Counted from the first letter of the stretch, positions 1-9,779 are shown. The stretch is 64,000 nt of DNA from Actinomycetota bacterium (GCA_046734335.1 JBKPRA010000122.1:3901-67900), one strand, 5' to 3'. Notes: a model not told the origin generated them from the letters alone. A program made the numbers and translations.

Positions 1-390
1 CGGCTTTCGTCGGCACTCGAGTACGTCGGCTTCGCGACGGGCGATGCCAAGAGCGACTTCATCGAGAGTTGCGATCTCGGCGTTCTGCCGTCGGTCTGGC
101 GCGAACCCGGGGGGCCCACATGGAGCATGTCGGACTGGCTCAGCGCAGGGCGGCCGGTCCTGGTGGCCCCGGCCGGCGGGCTGGCGGAGGTGGCGGGAGT
201 CACCCCCGGCTCGATCGCGGTCGAACCGACAGTGACGGGGATTCTTCGATCGGTGGACGAGCTGCGCGTACAGGACCGGTGGATGTCAGCCGTGCGGGAC
301 GCTCGGGGCCTCGATCCAGGCGCCGTTTTCGACGCGTGGGTCGATGCCCATCTCGAGGCCTACTCGGAGGTGGACGAGGCTCGCGACTGA
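1..390 (+). CDS. glycosyltransferase (GT-B, family 1/4 type), C-terminal fragment; 5' end outside window
   Basis: Frame 1 is open from nt 1 to the stop at 388-390. The translation ...DFIESCDLGVLPSVWREPGGPTWSMSDWLSAGRPVLVAPAGGLAEV... resembles the C-terminal nucleotide-sugar binding region of GT1/GT4 enzymes. Confidence 0.6.
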   Translation, partial: RLSSALEYVGFATGDAKSDFIESCDLGVLPSVWREPGGPTWSMSDWLSAGRPVLVAPAGGLAEVAGVTPGSIAVEPTVTGILRSVDELRVQDRWMSAVRDARGLDPGAVFDAWVDAHLEAYSEVDEARD

Positions 391-1172
391 GGCGTCACCA
401 GCGAGGCTCGTCTCTCCAGGCGCTCGATCTGCATCCGCCGCGAGTGCTCGAAGAGGCCGTTGTGGAGCGGAGGGATTGGTTCGGCGACTTCGAAGTAGAG
501 CAGCTTGATCCGCTCGAGCAGCTCCGGCCGGATCGCGCGCACGATCGCCTCTTCGACCCCCTCGGCGTCGACCTTCAGGATGTCGATGTCGGCTGTCTCG
601 GCGAGGACCTCTTCCAGGACGGCGTTCACGTCACGGCAGCGAACCTGGATGGTCTCGGCACCGATGCCGGTGCCGATGCCGCCGTAGCGTCCGGTCTCCT
701 CGATCCCGAAATCGACGATCCCGTCACGATCGGCGACCGCGCACTCCTGGAGTGAGTAGCGATCCTCGAAGCCGGCAAGGTTTCGCCTCAATCGTGCGAC
801 GTTGCGCGCATCGGGCTCGAACAGGTGCACCTGCACCTCGCGGTTCCGGGTCAGGAAGTACAGCGCGCTTACTCCGATGTTCGAGCCGATGTCGACGACG
901 GTGCCGACATCGGACGGCGCCGCGTAGTCTCCCCTGCAGAACACCTCCGTGACGGTCTGCAGATCGTCGGCATGGTCGAGGACGAGCTCCTGAATCCCGA
1001 GCGGCGTTCGCACCCGGCAGGTATACGGGTACGTGCCGGAGCCGAAGACGTACCGGGTCATGACCTTGGCCGGGCCTGGATAGACGTTCACCGAGTTCCA
1101 AAGCGCGACGTAGTGAGCTCCCGTGAGAGGCGCCATCGCAACCCGGCGCAGGCTGCGCTTCCTTTCGAGCAC
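360..1172 (-). CDS. FkbM-family SAM-dependent methyltransferase
   Basis: 270-aa ORF with VVDIGSNIGVSALYF (SAM-binding loop) and ILKVDAEGVEEAIV, both typical of FkbM-type methyltransferases. It is the last gene of the minus-strand sugar operon. Confidence 0.7.
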   Translation of the reverse strand: MLERKRSLRRVAMAPLTGAHYVALWNSVNVYPGPAKVMTRYVFGSGTYPYTCRVRTPLGIQELVLDHADDLQTVTEVFCRGDYAAPSDVGTVVDIGSNIGVSALYFLTRNREVQVHLFEPDARNVARLRRNLAGFEDRYSLQECAVADRDGIVDFGIEETGRYGGIGTGIGAETIQVRCRDVNAVLEEVLAETADIDILKVDAEGVEEAIVRAIRPELLERIKLLYFEVAEPIPPLHNGLFEHSRRMQIERLERRASLVTPQSRASSTSE

Positions 1173-1213
1173 ACGGCAACGATAGCGGCGCGTCGGAGGG
1201 TAGCCGGGCCGGC

Positions 1214-2134
1214 CTAGTCGAGCGAAAGGCGGGCGAGATTGTCGCGATACCAGCCGACGGTCCGCTCGAGCCCTTCGTCCAGGCTCACCCGTGGCTGCCA
1301 GCCGATGGCGGCCGCTGCCGCCTCCACGTCGGCCGTTCGCACCTGCTCGAGGGGCCTGTCCTCGACCGCTCCGAACACTGGCGCGATGGTCGGATCGACG
1401 AGCTCGACGAGACGCTCCACCAGCGAGCGGATCGAGCAGGACGTTCCCGACCCGACGTCGACCGACGCGCCCACAACGTCACTGCACGCTCCGGCGGCGA
1501 CGAAGGCGGCCGCGACGTCGTCGATGTACACCCAGTCGACCTCGCGTTGCCCGCTCGTCAGCTGCGGGGCTACGCCACGGAGCAGCGAGAGAGTCACGTA
1601 GGGGACGAGCTTCCGCAGATCCTTCTGTCCGGGGCCGAAGGTCATGAACAATCGCAGCACGATCACCGGAAGCTCGAGCATCGCCGCGAACAGCTCGCCG
1701 TACGACCGCGCCGCGAGCTTGGAGGCGGCGTACGGCGACGACGGAGGCTCGCCATGTTCCGGCTCCTCCATCGAGCCTGTGAGCACCACGCGCGCGCGAC
1801 CGTGCTCGGCGACGGCGGTCAGAAGATTCACGGTGCTCACGAGGTTCGCCTGGAAGGTGGAGCTCACCAGGTCGAGGTTGCGCGCTGCTCGGGTGTCGCC
1901 GGCAAGGTGGAACACGACGTCGGGCCTGGTGTTCTCGACGAGACGCCGGACTGCGTCCGGTTCGACCAGGTCGCTCTCGTGCCATCGGACCGGTCCGGCC
2001 CCACTCTGCGGGCGTCGAGACACCGCGTGGAGCTCGACTCTCTCGCCCTGCAGGCGCTCCAGTAGCCGTGCGCCGATGAAGCCGCTTGCCCCGGTCACCA
2101 GGACCCGGCTGTCTGCCAGGGTCGGAACGCTCAC
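1214..2134 (-). CDS. NAD-dependent epimerase/dehydratase (extended SDR)
   Basis: VLVTGASGFIGARLLERL Rossmann motif and YAASK catalytic Y-x3-K. The GTG start overlaps the upstream stop (GTGA). Confidence 0.8.
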   Translation of the reverse strand: MSVPTLADSRVLVTGASGFIGARLLERLQGERVELHAVSRRPQSGAGPVRWHESDLVEPDAVRRLVENTRPDVVFHLAGDTRAARNLDLVSSTFQANLVSTVNLLTAVAEHGRARVVLTGSMEEPEHGEPPSSPYAASKLAARSYGELFAAMLELPVIVLRLFMTFGPGQKDLRKLVPYVTLSLLRGVAPQLTSGQREVDWVYIDDVAAAFVAAGACSDVVGASVDVGSGTSCSIRSLVERLVELVDPTIAPVFGAVEDRPLEQVRTADVEAAAAAIGWQPRVSLDEGLERTVGWYRDNLARLSLD

Positions 2135-3426
2135 CGTTCTCCTGCTTCGGAGAACAGCTCGAGCTGCTCGTTCCAGAGTTCGTCCATCAACCGGCCCGAC
2201 GGACGCTCGACGTCGTCGAACGCGATCGGCTCGTCGATCTCCACCTCACGCGCCAGCCGGCAGCCCTCGGCGAGGCCCATCGGTAGCAGCTTCGCCGACC
2301 TGGCCACGTCCGCGTTCTCGATCGTTCCGTAGGAGTCGAAGCCGCCGATACCGTCGAGGAACGTGCCCTCCGGCAGCTTGCGTTTGGCAATCGTCACGAC
2401 CTCGCAGCGGGGCCGGCCGAGCGGAGTCACGGCGGCATCGTGGAAGAGGACGGCACGGGCGACGGTCAACGGGACGTCGAAGTTGGGGAGATGCCAGGGC
2501 TGATAAAAGGTGTAGAGCGGTCCGTCTCCGAGCTTGAAGTAGCTCAAGTAGCCCTGCCGGCCGGGGTCGTCGCCGTAGGCGACCACGAACGCTCCGGAGC
2601 CGGGCTGGGCGCCGAGGAGGAAGTCGACGATCCCGCCGCGAAGGAGCTCTTCCGCGTCGAAGAGGCCGGCTGCCTCGTTGACGTGCTCGCAATGGTGCCC
2701 GGTCATGCCGCGGCGGGCGACTCCGAAGCCGAGTGCGTTGGCGGTGATCGTCGCCTCGAGTGACAGCTTCGTCCCGTCCGCGAACGATGTGACCATCCGC
2801 TCCTTCTGACCGACCGAGGCTGCGAACGCGCGTTGGGTCTCGGGCGTCCGATAGGGATCGAGGAGGCCCTTGAGGTTGCCGACGAGCACGGGCTCGAGCC
2901 CGATCGCGCGTGTGTACCGGCTGAGGTTCACGATCAGGCCCGGCTCGTCGCCGTCGGTGTAAGAGACGACGACGCCGGCGCGGTCGGCCCGCGCCTTGAG
3001 CAGGGGACCGAGCGTACCGTCGAGCTCCGCGTTCACGAGGACGACGTGTTTCCCGGACTCGATCGAGGCGAGTGCGAACCGGGCGCCGGCCTCGACGTCG
3101 CCTGTCGCCTCGATCACGGCCTCGACGCCCGCGGCACGGGCGAGCAGGCCGGCGTCGGACGTGACCGCCGGGCGGCCGGCGGCCGTTGCGTCCGCCAGCT
3201 CGCCGTCGGTCGAGACGAGCCGTGCGTCGGGCCTGCCGGCGGCGGCGAACGCCGCGTCCGCCTGCCCCGGGTCCCGAGACGCGATCGCGACGAGCTCCAC
3301 CCCGGGCACGGCCCGCACGATCTGCAACGCGATACCCCGGCCCATGTAGCCGGCCCCCGACAGTGCGACTCTGATCGGGTTGCCTTCGCGCGCTCGGCGC
3401 TCGAGCGCCGTGTCGACCAGGATCAC
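2131..3426 (-). CDS. NAD(P)-binding oxidoreductase with C-terminal SAF-like domain (homoserine-dehydrogenase-like, COG4091 type)
   Basis: N-terminus NPIRVALSGAGYMGRG and a long conserved body. I moved the start to GTG 3426, which forms a GTGA overlap with the stop of the upstream gene. The extra 53 aa in the table ORF are Arg-rich and overlap the neighbour. Confidence 0.65.
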   Translation of the reverse strand: MILVDTALERRAREGNPIRVALSGAGYMGRGIALQIVRAVPGVELVAIASRDPGQADAAFAAAGRPDARLVSTDGELADATAAGRPAVTSDAGLLARAAGVEAVIEATGDVEAGARFALASIESGKHVVLVNAELDGTLGPLLKARADRAGVVVSYTDGDEPGLIVNLSRYTRAIGLEPVLVGNLKGLLDPYRTPETQRAFAASVGQKERMVTSFADGTKLSLEATITANALGFGVARRGMTGHHCEHVNEAAGLFDAEELLRGGIVDFLLGAQPGSGAFVVAYGDDPGRQGYLSYFKLGDGPLYTFYQPWHLPNFDVPLTVARAVLFHDAAVTPLGRPRCEVVTIAKRKLPEGTFLDGIGGFDSYGTIENADVARSAKLLPMGLAEGCRLAREVEIDEPIAFDDVERPSGRLMDELWNEQLELFSEAGER

Positions 3427-4781
3427 GGCACCTGGCGAAGCCCTGCAACGGCGGCCGTGGCGGAGCGCCCGATCCCGTCGTAGCGGGCCACCCTTTCGGG
3501 ATCGACGACGCGCCGCCCGTCCACGAGAAGCGGCTGGGGATCCAGCCGGGCGAGCGCGCTCGGCAACTCTCCGTACTGGTGCCACCGCGTGACGAGGACG
3601 ACCGCGTCTGCCCCTTCGAGCGCGGACTCGAGCTCGGTGACGAGGTGGACGTCCGTGTCGACGAGCGGCTCCGGGAGCGAACGGACGACCGGGTCGTGCG
3701 CGCGCACGGAGGCGCCTGCCGCGAGCAGCCGCTCGATGATCGGCACCGCCGGCGACTCTCGGACGTCGTCGGTGTCCGGCTTGAAGGCGAGCCCGAGAAC
3801 CGTGATCCGCGCATCGACGAGCGATGGGATGTGGCGCCGGAGGATCGCGATCATCTCGTCAGGACGCCCGGCGTTGACCTCGAGCACCGCGTCCAGCACC
3901 GGCATCGACACGTCCTGCTCGGCGCCGTGGGCGACCAGCGCGCGGACATCCTTCGGGAGGCAGCTGCCCCCGAAGCCGCAGCCGGCCTCGAGAAAGGAGG
4001 TGATCGGTGCCTGCTTCCCGCCCACGGTGAGGTAGGCGGAGGTGTGCAGTCCGTGCATGACCTCGACCACGTCGACGTCGCCGACGGCGCTGCAGAGGTC
4101 GGCGAACTCGTTCGAGAACGAGATCATCGTCGCCAGGAGCGCGTTAGAGGCGTACTTGATCGTCTCGGCGGCGGTCACCGTGGTCTGGACCCGCGGCACG
4201 TCCGGGAAGCCCTCGTACAGCTGTTGGAGCACCGTCGCCGTCCGCTCGTCGTCGGCGCCGAACACCAGTCGGTCGGGGTACATGAAGTCCTGGACCGCAC
4301 GCCCCTCGGTGAGGAACTCCGGATTCGTGGCCACGCCGAAGGCGACCCCCGCCTTTGCGCCGGCCGCCTCCTCGAGGATCGGCGTCACGACATCGCGAGT
4401 GGTGCCCGGCACGACGGTGCTTTTCATGACGATCACCGGGTAATCGTCGCGGCCGCGGATTGCCTCTCCCACCGAGCGGGCCGCTGCGCGTACGGCGCCG
4501 AGGTCGATGTGCGTCCCGTCGAACGGCGTGCCGACGGCGATCATCGTCACGTCGGAGCCCTCGACTGCCGCCGCCAGGTCGCTTGTCGCGTCGAGGCGCT
4601 CACCGACGTTGCGTTTGAGCAATTCTTCGAGCCCCTCCTCGAAGATCGGCGTCTGCCCGGCAGTCACCATGCGCACCCGTTCCTCGTCGAGGTCGATGCC
4701 AGTCACGAGCTGCCCCTTCTCCGCCAAGCAGGCCCCGGTGACGAGGCCGACGTAGCCGAGGCCGACGATCGCGACCCGCAT
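3423..4781 (-). CDS. nucleotide-sugar 6-dehydrogenase (UDP-glucose/GDP-mannose dehydrogenase family)
   Basis: MRVAIVGLGYVGLVTGACLAEKG NAD-binding fold and the GFGGSCLPKD catalytic Cys motif; 452 aa. Confidence 0.85.
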   Translation of the reverse strand: MRVAIVGLGYVGLVTGACLAEKGQLVTGIDLDEERVRMVTAGQTPIFEEGLEELLKRNVGERLDATSDLAAAVEGSDVTMIAVGTPFDGTHIDLGAVRAAARSVGEAIRGRDDYPVIVMKSTVVPGTTRDVVTPILEEAAGAKAGVAFGVATNPEFLTEGRAVQDFMYPDRLVFGADDERTATVLQQLYEGFPDVPRVQTTVTAAETIKYASNALLATMISFSNEFADLCSAVGDVDVVEVMHGLHTSAYLTVGGKQAPITSFLEAGCGFGGSCLPKDVRALVAHGAEQDVSMPVLDAVLEVNAGRPDEMIAILRRHIPSLVDARITVLGLAFKPDTDDVRESPAVPIIERLLAAGASVRAHDPVVRSLPEPLVDTDVHLVTELESALEGADAVVLVTRWHQYGELPSALARLDPQPLLVDGRRVVDPERVARYDGIGRSATAAVAGLRQVP

Positions 4782-5896
4782 CAGGCTTCCGCCGACTCGC
4801 GGTTCTCCGCGTACCAGAGGAGCGATCGTCTGAGACCGTCATCCAGCCCGACCCGCGGTGCGTAACCGAGGTGCTCCCGGGCCTTCTCGATCACGGGACA
4901 GCGTCTCGCCGGATTGTCGACGAGGTACTCGCGCTCTTCGCTCGTGCGGCGGACGACAGCGCCGGAGTAGGCGAAGTGAGCGCGCCCGAGCTCGGCGAGC
5001 CGCTCGGCCAGCTCTGCCATTGAGACCTCGGGCTCCTCCACGCCCACGTTGTACGCCTCGCCGTCGTGTCCTCGCACGAGCACCTTGTAGTACCCGGTGA
5101 TGGCATCGGAGACGTAGCAGAAGGTGCGGGTCGCCGATCCGTCGGAGAGCAGAACGATGTCGCGGTCGTCGAGGATGTCCCGGGCGAAGTCGGGGATCAC
5201 GCGGCGGTCGGTGATTTTCAGGCCGGGGCCGTAGTTGTTGAAGGGCCTGGCCACGCGGACGGGCAGTCCGTGCTCGCGGGCGAAGTTGACGCACAGGGTC
5301 TCGCCGTAGCGCTTGGACTCGTCGTAACAGGCGCGCGGCCCAGTGCACGAGACGTTGCCGCGGTACGTCTCGGGCGTTGGGATGTTCTCCGAAGTGGGGT
5401 CCCCGTAGATCTCGCTGCTCGAGAAGAACAGGAAACCCTCGACCGGCCGGCCGCGCTCGCGCTGTGCCAGCGACCAGTCGAGCAGGGAGCGCAGACCATT
5501 CACGTTGGCGTCCATCGTCTCGATCGGATGCCTGCGGTAATACGTCGGCGAGGCGATCCCGGCCGCGTGCACGACGTACTCGAAATCGTCGATGTCGTCC
5601 GGCAGCGCGGTGCGGATGTCGTGGGTGACCAGGGTCAGGTGCTCGTTCCCGGCCAGTCGTTCGAGCCAGGCAGGGACGCCGCGGACGTAGTTGTCGTAAA
5701 CCGTGACGCGGATCGGCTCCCGCGCCCCGTCCTCGTTCGCCCGCAGGACGGCCTGCACGAAGTAGTAGCCGAGGAACCCGGCCCCTCCGGTCACGAGCAG
5801 CCGCTTTCCTGCCAAGTGCCCCAGCTCGTCGGACAGGTCGCCGACGATGACGCCGAGATCTTCCGCGACGATCTCGGAGGCGGACACCACCGTCAT
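4781..5896 (-). CDS. extended SDR, UDP-glucuronate decarboxylase / ArnA-C-terminal-like
   Basis: LLVTGGAGFLGYY, SSSEIYG and YDESK motifs. The start is set at ATG 5896 (ATGA overlap with the PIG-L stop). The upstream 86 aa of the table ORF are Arg/Pro-rich shadow sequence. Confidence 0.75.
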   Translation of the reverse strand: MTVVSASEIVAEDLGVIVGDLSDELGHLAGKRLLVTGGAGFLGYYFVQAVLRANEDGAREPIRVTVYDNYVRGVPAWLERLAGNEHLTLVTHDIRTALPDDIDDFEYVVHAAGIASPTYYRRHPIETMDANVNGLRSLLDWSLAQRERGRPVEGFLFFSSSEIYGDPTSENIPTPETYRGNVSCTGPRACYDESKRYGETLCVNFAREHGLPVRVARPFNNYGPGLKITDRRVIPDFARDILDDRDIVLLSDGSATRTFCYVSDAITGYYKVLVRGHDGEAYNVGVEEPEVSMAELAERLAELGRAHFAYSGAVVRRTSEEREYLVDNPARRCPVIEKAREHLGYAPRVGLDDGLRRSLLWYAENRESAEA

Positions 5897-6543
5897 GCGA
5901 GCACGAGCTTCCGGCAGTGGAATGCCTCGGCGTATCCGCTCGGCGCCTTGCATTCGACCCCACGCAGGCGCATGAGCGCCAGGAAGGTCTCCTTCGTGAA
6001 CCAGTGTTTGTCCCGCTGGCTTGCGAACGTTTCCCAGATTGCTTCGACCTTCCGGTGGACCTGCGGCGTCTCGAGGCGGACGTAGACATTCGGACGGCCG
6101 AGGTCGCCGTCCCACTTGGGGATCTCGTACTCGAGGACCAGGCGGTCCCGCCATGTGTTGTAGGTCAAATCCGCGAGCACGCGGTGATCCTGATGCAGGT
6201 CTCGACTGTAGTGGGTGAAGATCACGTCCGGCTGGATCGAGGCTCCGAGCTCGTCGAAGTACTCCTTTATCTCTGCGCCGATGTAGGGGAAGAACCGCTG
6301 CCGGAACTCACGGACGACGACATTCGACTCGGCTGCGCGACCGAGGATCGCCGTCGCTCCGGCGCGGGCCTCGGACGCTCGCTTTTCGTCCGAGGTGAAG
6401 ACGATCCAGTCCACTCGAACGTCGTCGCGCGCCTCGAGCAGCTTGAGCACCGTCCCGCCGCAGCCGATCTCGATGTCGTCGCAGTGCGCTCCCAGGCAGA
6501 GGATGCGCCGCGGCGCGTTGGTCTCCGAGAGCAGCTCGAGCAT
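5893..6543 (-). CDS. PIG-L / LmbE-family deacetylase
   Basis: ILCLGAHCDDIEIGCGGTVLKL (an AHPDDE-like metal-binding motif) and a later HQDH motif; 216 aa. Confidence 0.8.
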   Translation of the reverse strand: MLELLSETNAPRRILCLGAHCDDIEIGCGGTVLKLLEARDDVRVDWIVFTSDEKRASEARAGATAILGRAAESNVVVREFRQRFFPYIGAEIKEYFDELGASIQPDVIFTHYSRDLHQDHRVLADLTYNTWRDRLVLEYEIPKWDGDLGRPNVYVRLETPQVHRKVEAIWETFASQRDKHWFTKETFLALMRLRGVECKAPSGYAEAFHCRKLVLA

Positions 6544-6564
6544 CGGACGGGAGCCGACGGCTCC

Positions 6565-7389
6565 TCAGTAGGACTTGGTCGTCGCGGGCGAGGCGGCGCT
6601 CTCGCCGCCACCGTCGAGCTCCCACAGCTTCCACGGCCCATTCCCGGACTCGACCATCTGCTCGAGCTGCTGCTGGTCCTTCAGCGTGTCCATCGGGGCC
6701 CAGAATCCATCGTACTTGTTGGCGTACAGCAGCCTGGCCTCACTCAACCGCGCGAACGGCTCGTCGACGAGATCCTCGCCAGCTTCGATGTAGTCGAAGA
6801 TCTCTGGCTGGAAGACGAAGTAGCCGCCGTTGATCCGGAGATCGGAGTGCATCGTATCGACGACGCTGTCAACGAAGTCGCCCTTGTCTGTCTGGACGAG
6901 ATGGAACGAGTAGCCCGGCTTGACGCACAGAAAACTGGCAACTGCGCCGCTTGCCCGGTGGTTGTCGATCAGCGTCGGCAACGGGGCATCGGTCAGCACG
7001 TCGCCGTAGTTGCCGAGGAAGGCCTCCTCTCCCTCCAGGTGCTGCTGGACCGCCTTCAGGCGCTGCCCGATCGAGGTGTGGAGGCCGGTGTCGACGAACG
7101 TGATCTCCCAGTCGTGGATGTCGTGTCGGAGAAGCTCGATCTGACGACCGCCGTCTCTGAGCACGAAGTCGTTGGTCAGCGCCTCGTTGTATGTCAGGAA
7201 GAACTCCTTGATCACCTCGCCCTTGTACCCGAGGCAGACCACGAATCGATTGTGGCCGAAGTGGGCGAAGTACTTCATCACGTGCCAGAGGATCGGGCGG
7301 CCGCCGATCGGCACCATCGGCTTCGGGACGCTCTCCGACGCTTCCCGCATGCGGAGGCCCTGTCCTCCGCAGAAGAGCACCACCTTCAT
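6565..7389 (-). CDS. rfbF: glucose-1-phosphate cytidylyltransferase
   Basis: MKVVLFCGGQGLRMREASESVPKPMVPIGGRPILWHVMKYFAHFGHNRFVVCLGYKGEVIKEFF is the classic RfbF N-terminus. The start is at ATG 7389, residue 130 of the table ORF. Confidence 0.85.
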   Translation of the reverse strand: MKVVLFCGGQGLRMREASESVPKPMVPIGGRPILWHVMKYFAHFGHNRFVVCLGYKGEVIKEFFLTYNEALTNDFVLRDGGRQIELLRHDIHDWEITFVDTGLHTSIGQRLKAVQQHLEGEEAFLGNYGDVLTDAPLPTLIDNHRASGAVASFLCVKPGYSFHLVQTDKGDFVDSVVDTMHSDLRINGGYFVFQPEIFDYIEAGEDLVDEPFARLSEARLLYANKYDGFWAPMDTLKDQQQLEQMVESGNGPWKLWELDGGGESAASPATTKSY

Positions 7390-7402
7390 CGCGCGACCCC
7401 GG

Positions 7403-8701
7403 TCACGGGATGACGGCCAATTCGGGCACTGCGACGACGAAGCTGGCGCCCCAGCCGCGGGCATACGACAGCTGTTCGACGATCTCGTCCTTGAGATTCC
7501 ACGGCAGGATCCAGATGATGTCGGGTTTCGTCTCGGCCAAGCGCTCCGGCGGGAAGATCGGGATGTGCGTGCCGGGAGTGAACCGTCCGTGCTTGTACGG
7601 GTTGCGGTCGACCGTGTAGTCGACGAAGTCGGTGCGAATGCCGCAGTAGTTGAGCAGCGTGTTCGCCTTCCCCGGAGCTCCGTAGCCGACGATCGACTTC
7701 CCACTGCGCTTCGCCGTGACGAGGAAGTCGAGCAGCTGCCGTTTCGTCTCCTCGATCCGGTCCCTGAACGCGTCATAGGGCGCGATCGAGCCCAGTCCCG
7801 CTTCGTCCTCGCGCCGACGGAACGCCTCGACCGCCTCCGAGGGAGGCGTGCCTCGGTCGCCGTGCTCGAGGTACAGCCGGAGCGATCCGCCGTGCGTCGA
7901 GATCTCGTCGAGGTCGACCACCGTCAGTCCCTGGGCGGCGAAGACGCGTTCGGCGGTGAGCAACGAGAAGTAGGTGAAGTGCTCGTGGTAGATCGTGTCG
8001 AACAGATTCGCCTCGAGGAGCCGCATCAAGTGGGGGAACTCGACCGTCACCGTGCCGCTCGGCGAGAGCAGGGTCCTGATCCCGGCCACGAAGTCGTTCA
8101 GGTGCGGAGCCTGCGAGAGGACGTTGTTGCCGATGATCAGATCGGCTCTCCGGTCCTCGCGCAGGAGCTCTTCGGCCGCCTCCTCGCCGAAAAAGGTTAC
8201 GCGGGTGGGCACGCCGCGCTCGACAGCTGCGGCTGCGACGTTCTGCGCGGGCTCGACACCGAGCACCGGGATGCCGCGTGCGACGAAGTGCTGCAGGAGA
8301 TAACCGTCGTTGCTCGCGACCTCGACGACGAAACTCTCCTTGCCGAGCCCGAGGCGCCTGACGACGTCGTCGACGTAGTCCGCGGCGTGCTGGACGAATG
8401 AGTCCGAGTACGACGAGAAGTATGCGTACTCGGTGAAGATCTCCTCGGGAGCCACGTACTCGGGCAGCTGAACGAGCAGGCACGAGTCACAGATCCGGAC
8501 GTTGAGCGGATAGAATGGCTCCATTCGATCAAGCTCGTCCGCGGCGAGGAAGCTCTCGCACAGAGGCGACATGCCCAGGTCGACGACTGTACGGCGGAGG
8601 CCGGCGCCGCAGAATCGGCACGGCGGCGCACCAGCACCGTGCACCCCGACCACCGGATCAGAGCCCGTCCTAGGATGGATCGTTGACTCCAGGTTCCCCA
8701 T
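7403..8701 (-). CDS. NDP-hexose C-methyltransferase (TylCIII-like: Zn-ribbon + class I methyltransferase + C-methyltransferase C-terminal domain)
   Basis: CRFCGAGLRRTVVDLGMSPLCESF Zn-ribbon, VVEVASNDGYLL SAM motif and a long C-terminal domain. ATG 8701 is preceded by GGAGAAG. Confidence 0.8.
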   Translation of the reverse strand: MGNLESTIHPRTGSDPVVGVHGAGAPPCRFCGAGLRRTVVDLGMSPLCESFLAADELDRMEPFYPLNVRICDSCLLVQLPEYVAPEEIFTEYAYFSSYSDSFVQHAADYVDDVVRRLGLGKESFVVEVASNDGYLLQHFVARGIPVLGVEPAQNVAAAAVERGVPTRVTFFGEEAAEELLREDRRADLIIGNNVLSQAPHLNDFVAGIRTLLSPSGTVTVEFPHLMRLLEANLFDTIYHEHFTYFSLLTAERVFAAQGLTVVDLDEISTHGGSLRLYLEHGDRGTPPSEAVEAFRRREDEAGLGSIAPYDAFRDRIEETKRQLLDFLVTAKRSGKSIVGYGAPGKANTLLNYCGIRTDFVDYTVDRNPYKHGRFTPGTHIPIFPPERLAETKPDIIWILPWNLKDEIVEQLSYARGWGASFVVAVPELAVIP

Positions 8702-8834
8702 TGCTTCTCCTTGTAGCGCAAACGCCGCCGAGCCGCGAGTGGGTCGCCGTGGTGGTTGACATTCGCGCCCGAACTCGGATGATGGGATGAGAGCGTCGCG
8801 ACAGGAGCCAGGGGCCGAGTCGCAGGGGGGTGGC

Positions 8835-9779
8835 GTGGACACACGCGGACCAGGTACCACGCTGACCGGAACGAATGCCTTGACGGCCGTGGTCGTGAAC
8901 TGGGAGACGCCCGACTACACGATCCGGGCCGTGCGTGCGATCGTCGACGACGGCGTTGCACCACACGAGGTCGTGATCGTCGACAACGGGTCGAAGGACG
9001 GTAGTTACGAGCAGATCAAGGACGCGCTGCCGGCGTGCACCATGCTACGCCTCGAGGAAAACATCGGCTACGCCCGCGCCGCGAACAAGGGTGCGCAGGC
9101 ACGCAAGGCAGACAGCTACCTCTTGATCAACAACGACGCATTCGTGCACCGTTCGGGGTCGATCCAGGCGCTGAGACGCTCACTGGAGGATCCGACGGTC
9201 GGGATCGTGTCTGCCCGGGTGCTCACGCAGGACCTGACGCCACAGCCCATCGTGGCCGCGTTCCAGACCCCTGGCGTCGCCCTTGTGCGTGCCTCCGGAC
9301 TCAGCCGCTGGATACCGAACCGCTGGCAGCCCGACTGGGGGACCTACTGGGATCAGAACTCATCCCGTGAGATCCAGGCCGCCGTGACGGTCGCCATTCT
9401 CGTGCGCGGCACGACATGGGAACAGCTCGGGGGGTTCGACGAGCAGATCTACTTCTACGGCGAGGACATCGATCTCTGCTTCCGGACGCGTCAACTGGGC
9501 TGGAGGGTGTGGTTCACGCCCGAAGCCGAGTTCGTGCACGTCGGCGGCGGTTCGACCGCAACACGGTGGTCGGATCTCAGCCGCTGCGAGCAGATCGGCC
9601 GGTCCGAGGCGAGGATGATGCGCCGGAACCTGAGCCCGCTCTCGGCGTACACGGCCCTGACGATCATCTCGCTCGGGCTGGCAGGGCGGTACGCCGTCTT
9701 CCGCTTGTGGGGGCGACGGAACGCGGCCGACGCGATGCGGGCGACGCTTCGCGGCTTCGTCGTCGGCACCCTCTCGTAG
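8835..9779 (+). CDS. glycosyltransferase family 2
   Basis: AVVVNWETPDYTIRAVRAIV..VVIVDNGSKDGS and NNDAFV motifs. It is a paralogue of 16273..17286. The start is uncertain: the table gives ATG 8787, but I prefer GTG 8835, which has AGGGGGG 5 nt upstream, a TTGACA-N16/17-GATGAT promoter-like site at 8756-8784, and an N-terminal length matching the paralogue. Confidence 0.7.
   Translation: MDTRGPGTTLTGTNALTAVVVNWETPDYTIRAVRAIVDDGVAPHEVVIVDNGSKDGSYEQIKDALPACTMLRLEENIGYARAANKGAQARKADSYLLINNDAFVHRSGSIQALRRSLEDPTVGIVSARVLTQDLTPQPIVAAFQTPGVALVRASGLSRWIPNRWQPDWGTYWDQNSSREIQAAVTVAILVRGTTWEQLGGFDEQIYFYGEDIDLCFRTRQLGWRVWFTPEAEFVHVGGGSTATRWSDLSRCEQIGRSEARMMRRNLSPLSAYTALTIISLGLAGRYAVFRLWGRRNAADAMRATLRGFVVGTLS

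Noticed and set aside
2246-3814. Long ORFs such as 2246..3814(-), 26126..28210(-), 45643..47373(-), 52099..54090(-), 43242..45101(+) 5' part, 58850..61861(+) 5' part, 45210..47051(+) 5' part, and dozens of shorter ones.
   Set aside because: These are shadow ORFs typical of ~70% GC DNA. Their Arg/Pro/Ser/Gly-rich translations have no recognisable motifs, and they overlap genes with clear family signatures in another frame or strand. Only the portions matching known families were kept (for example gltX-like, sucC, rlmB).
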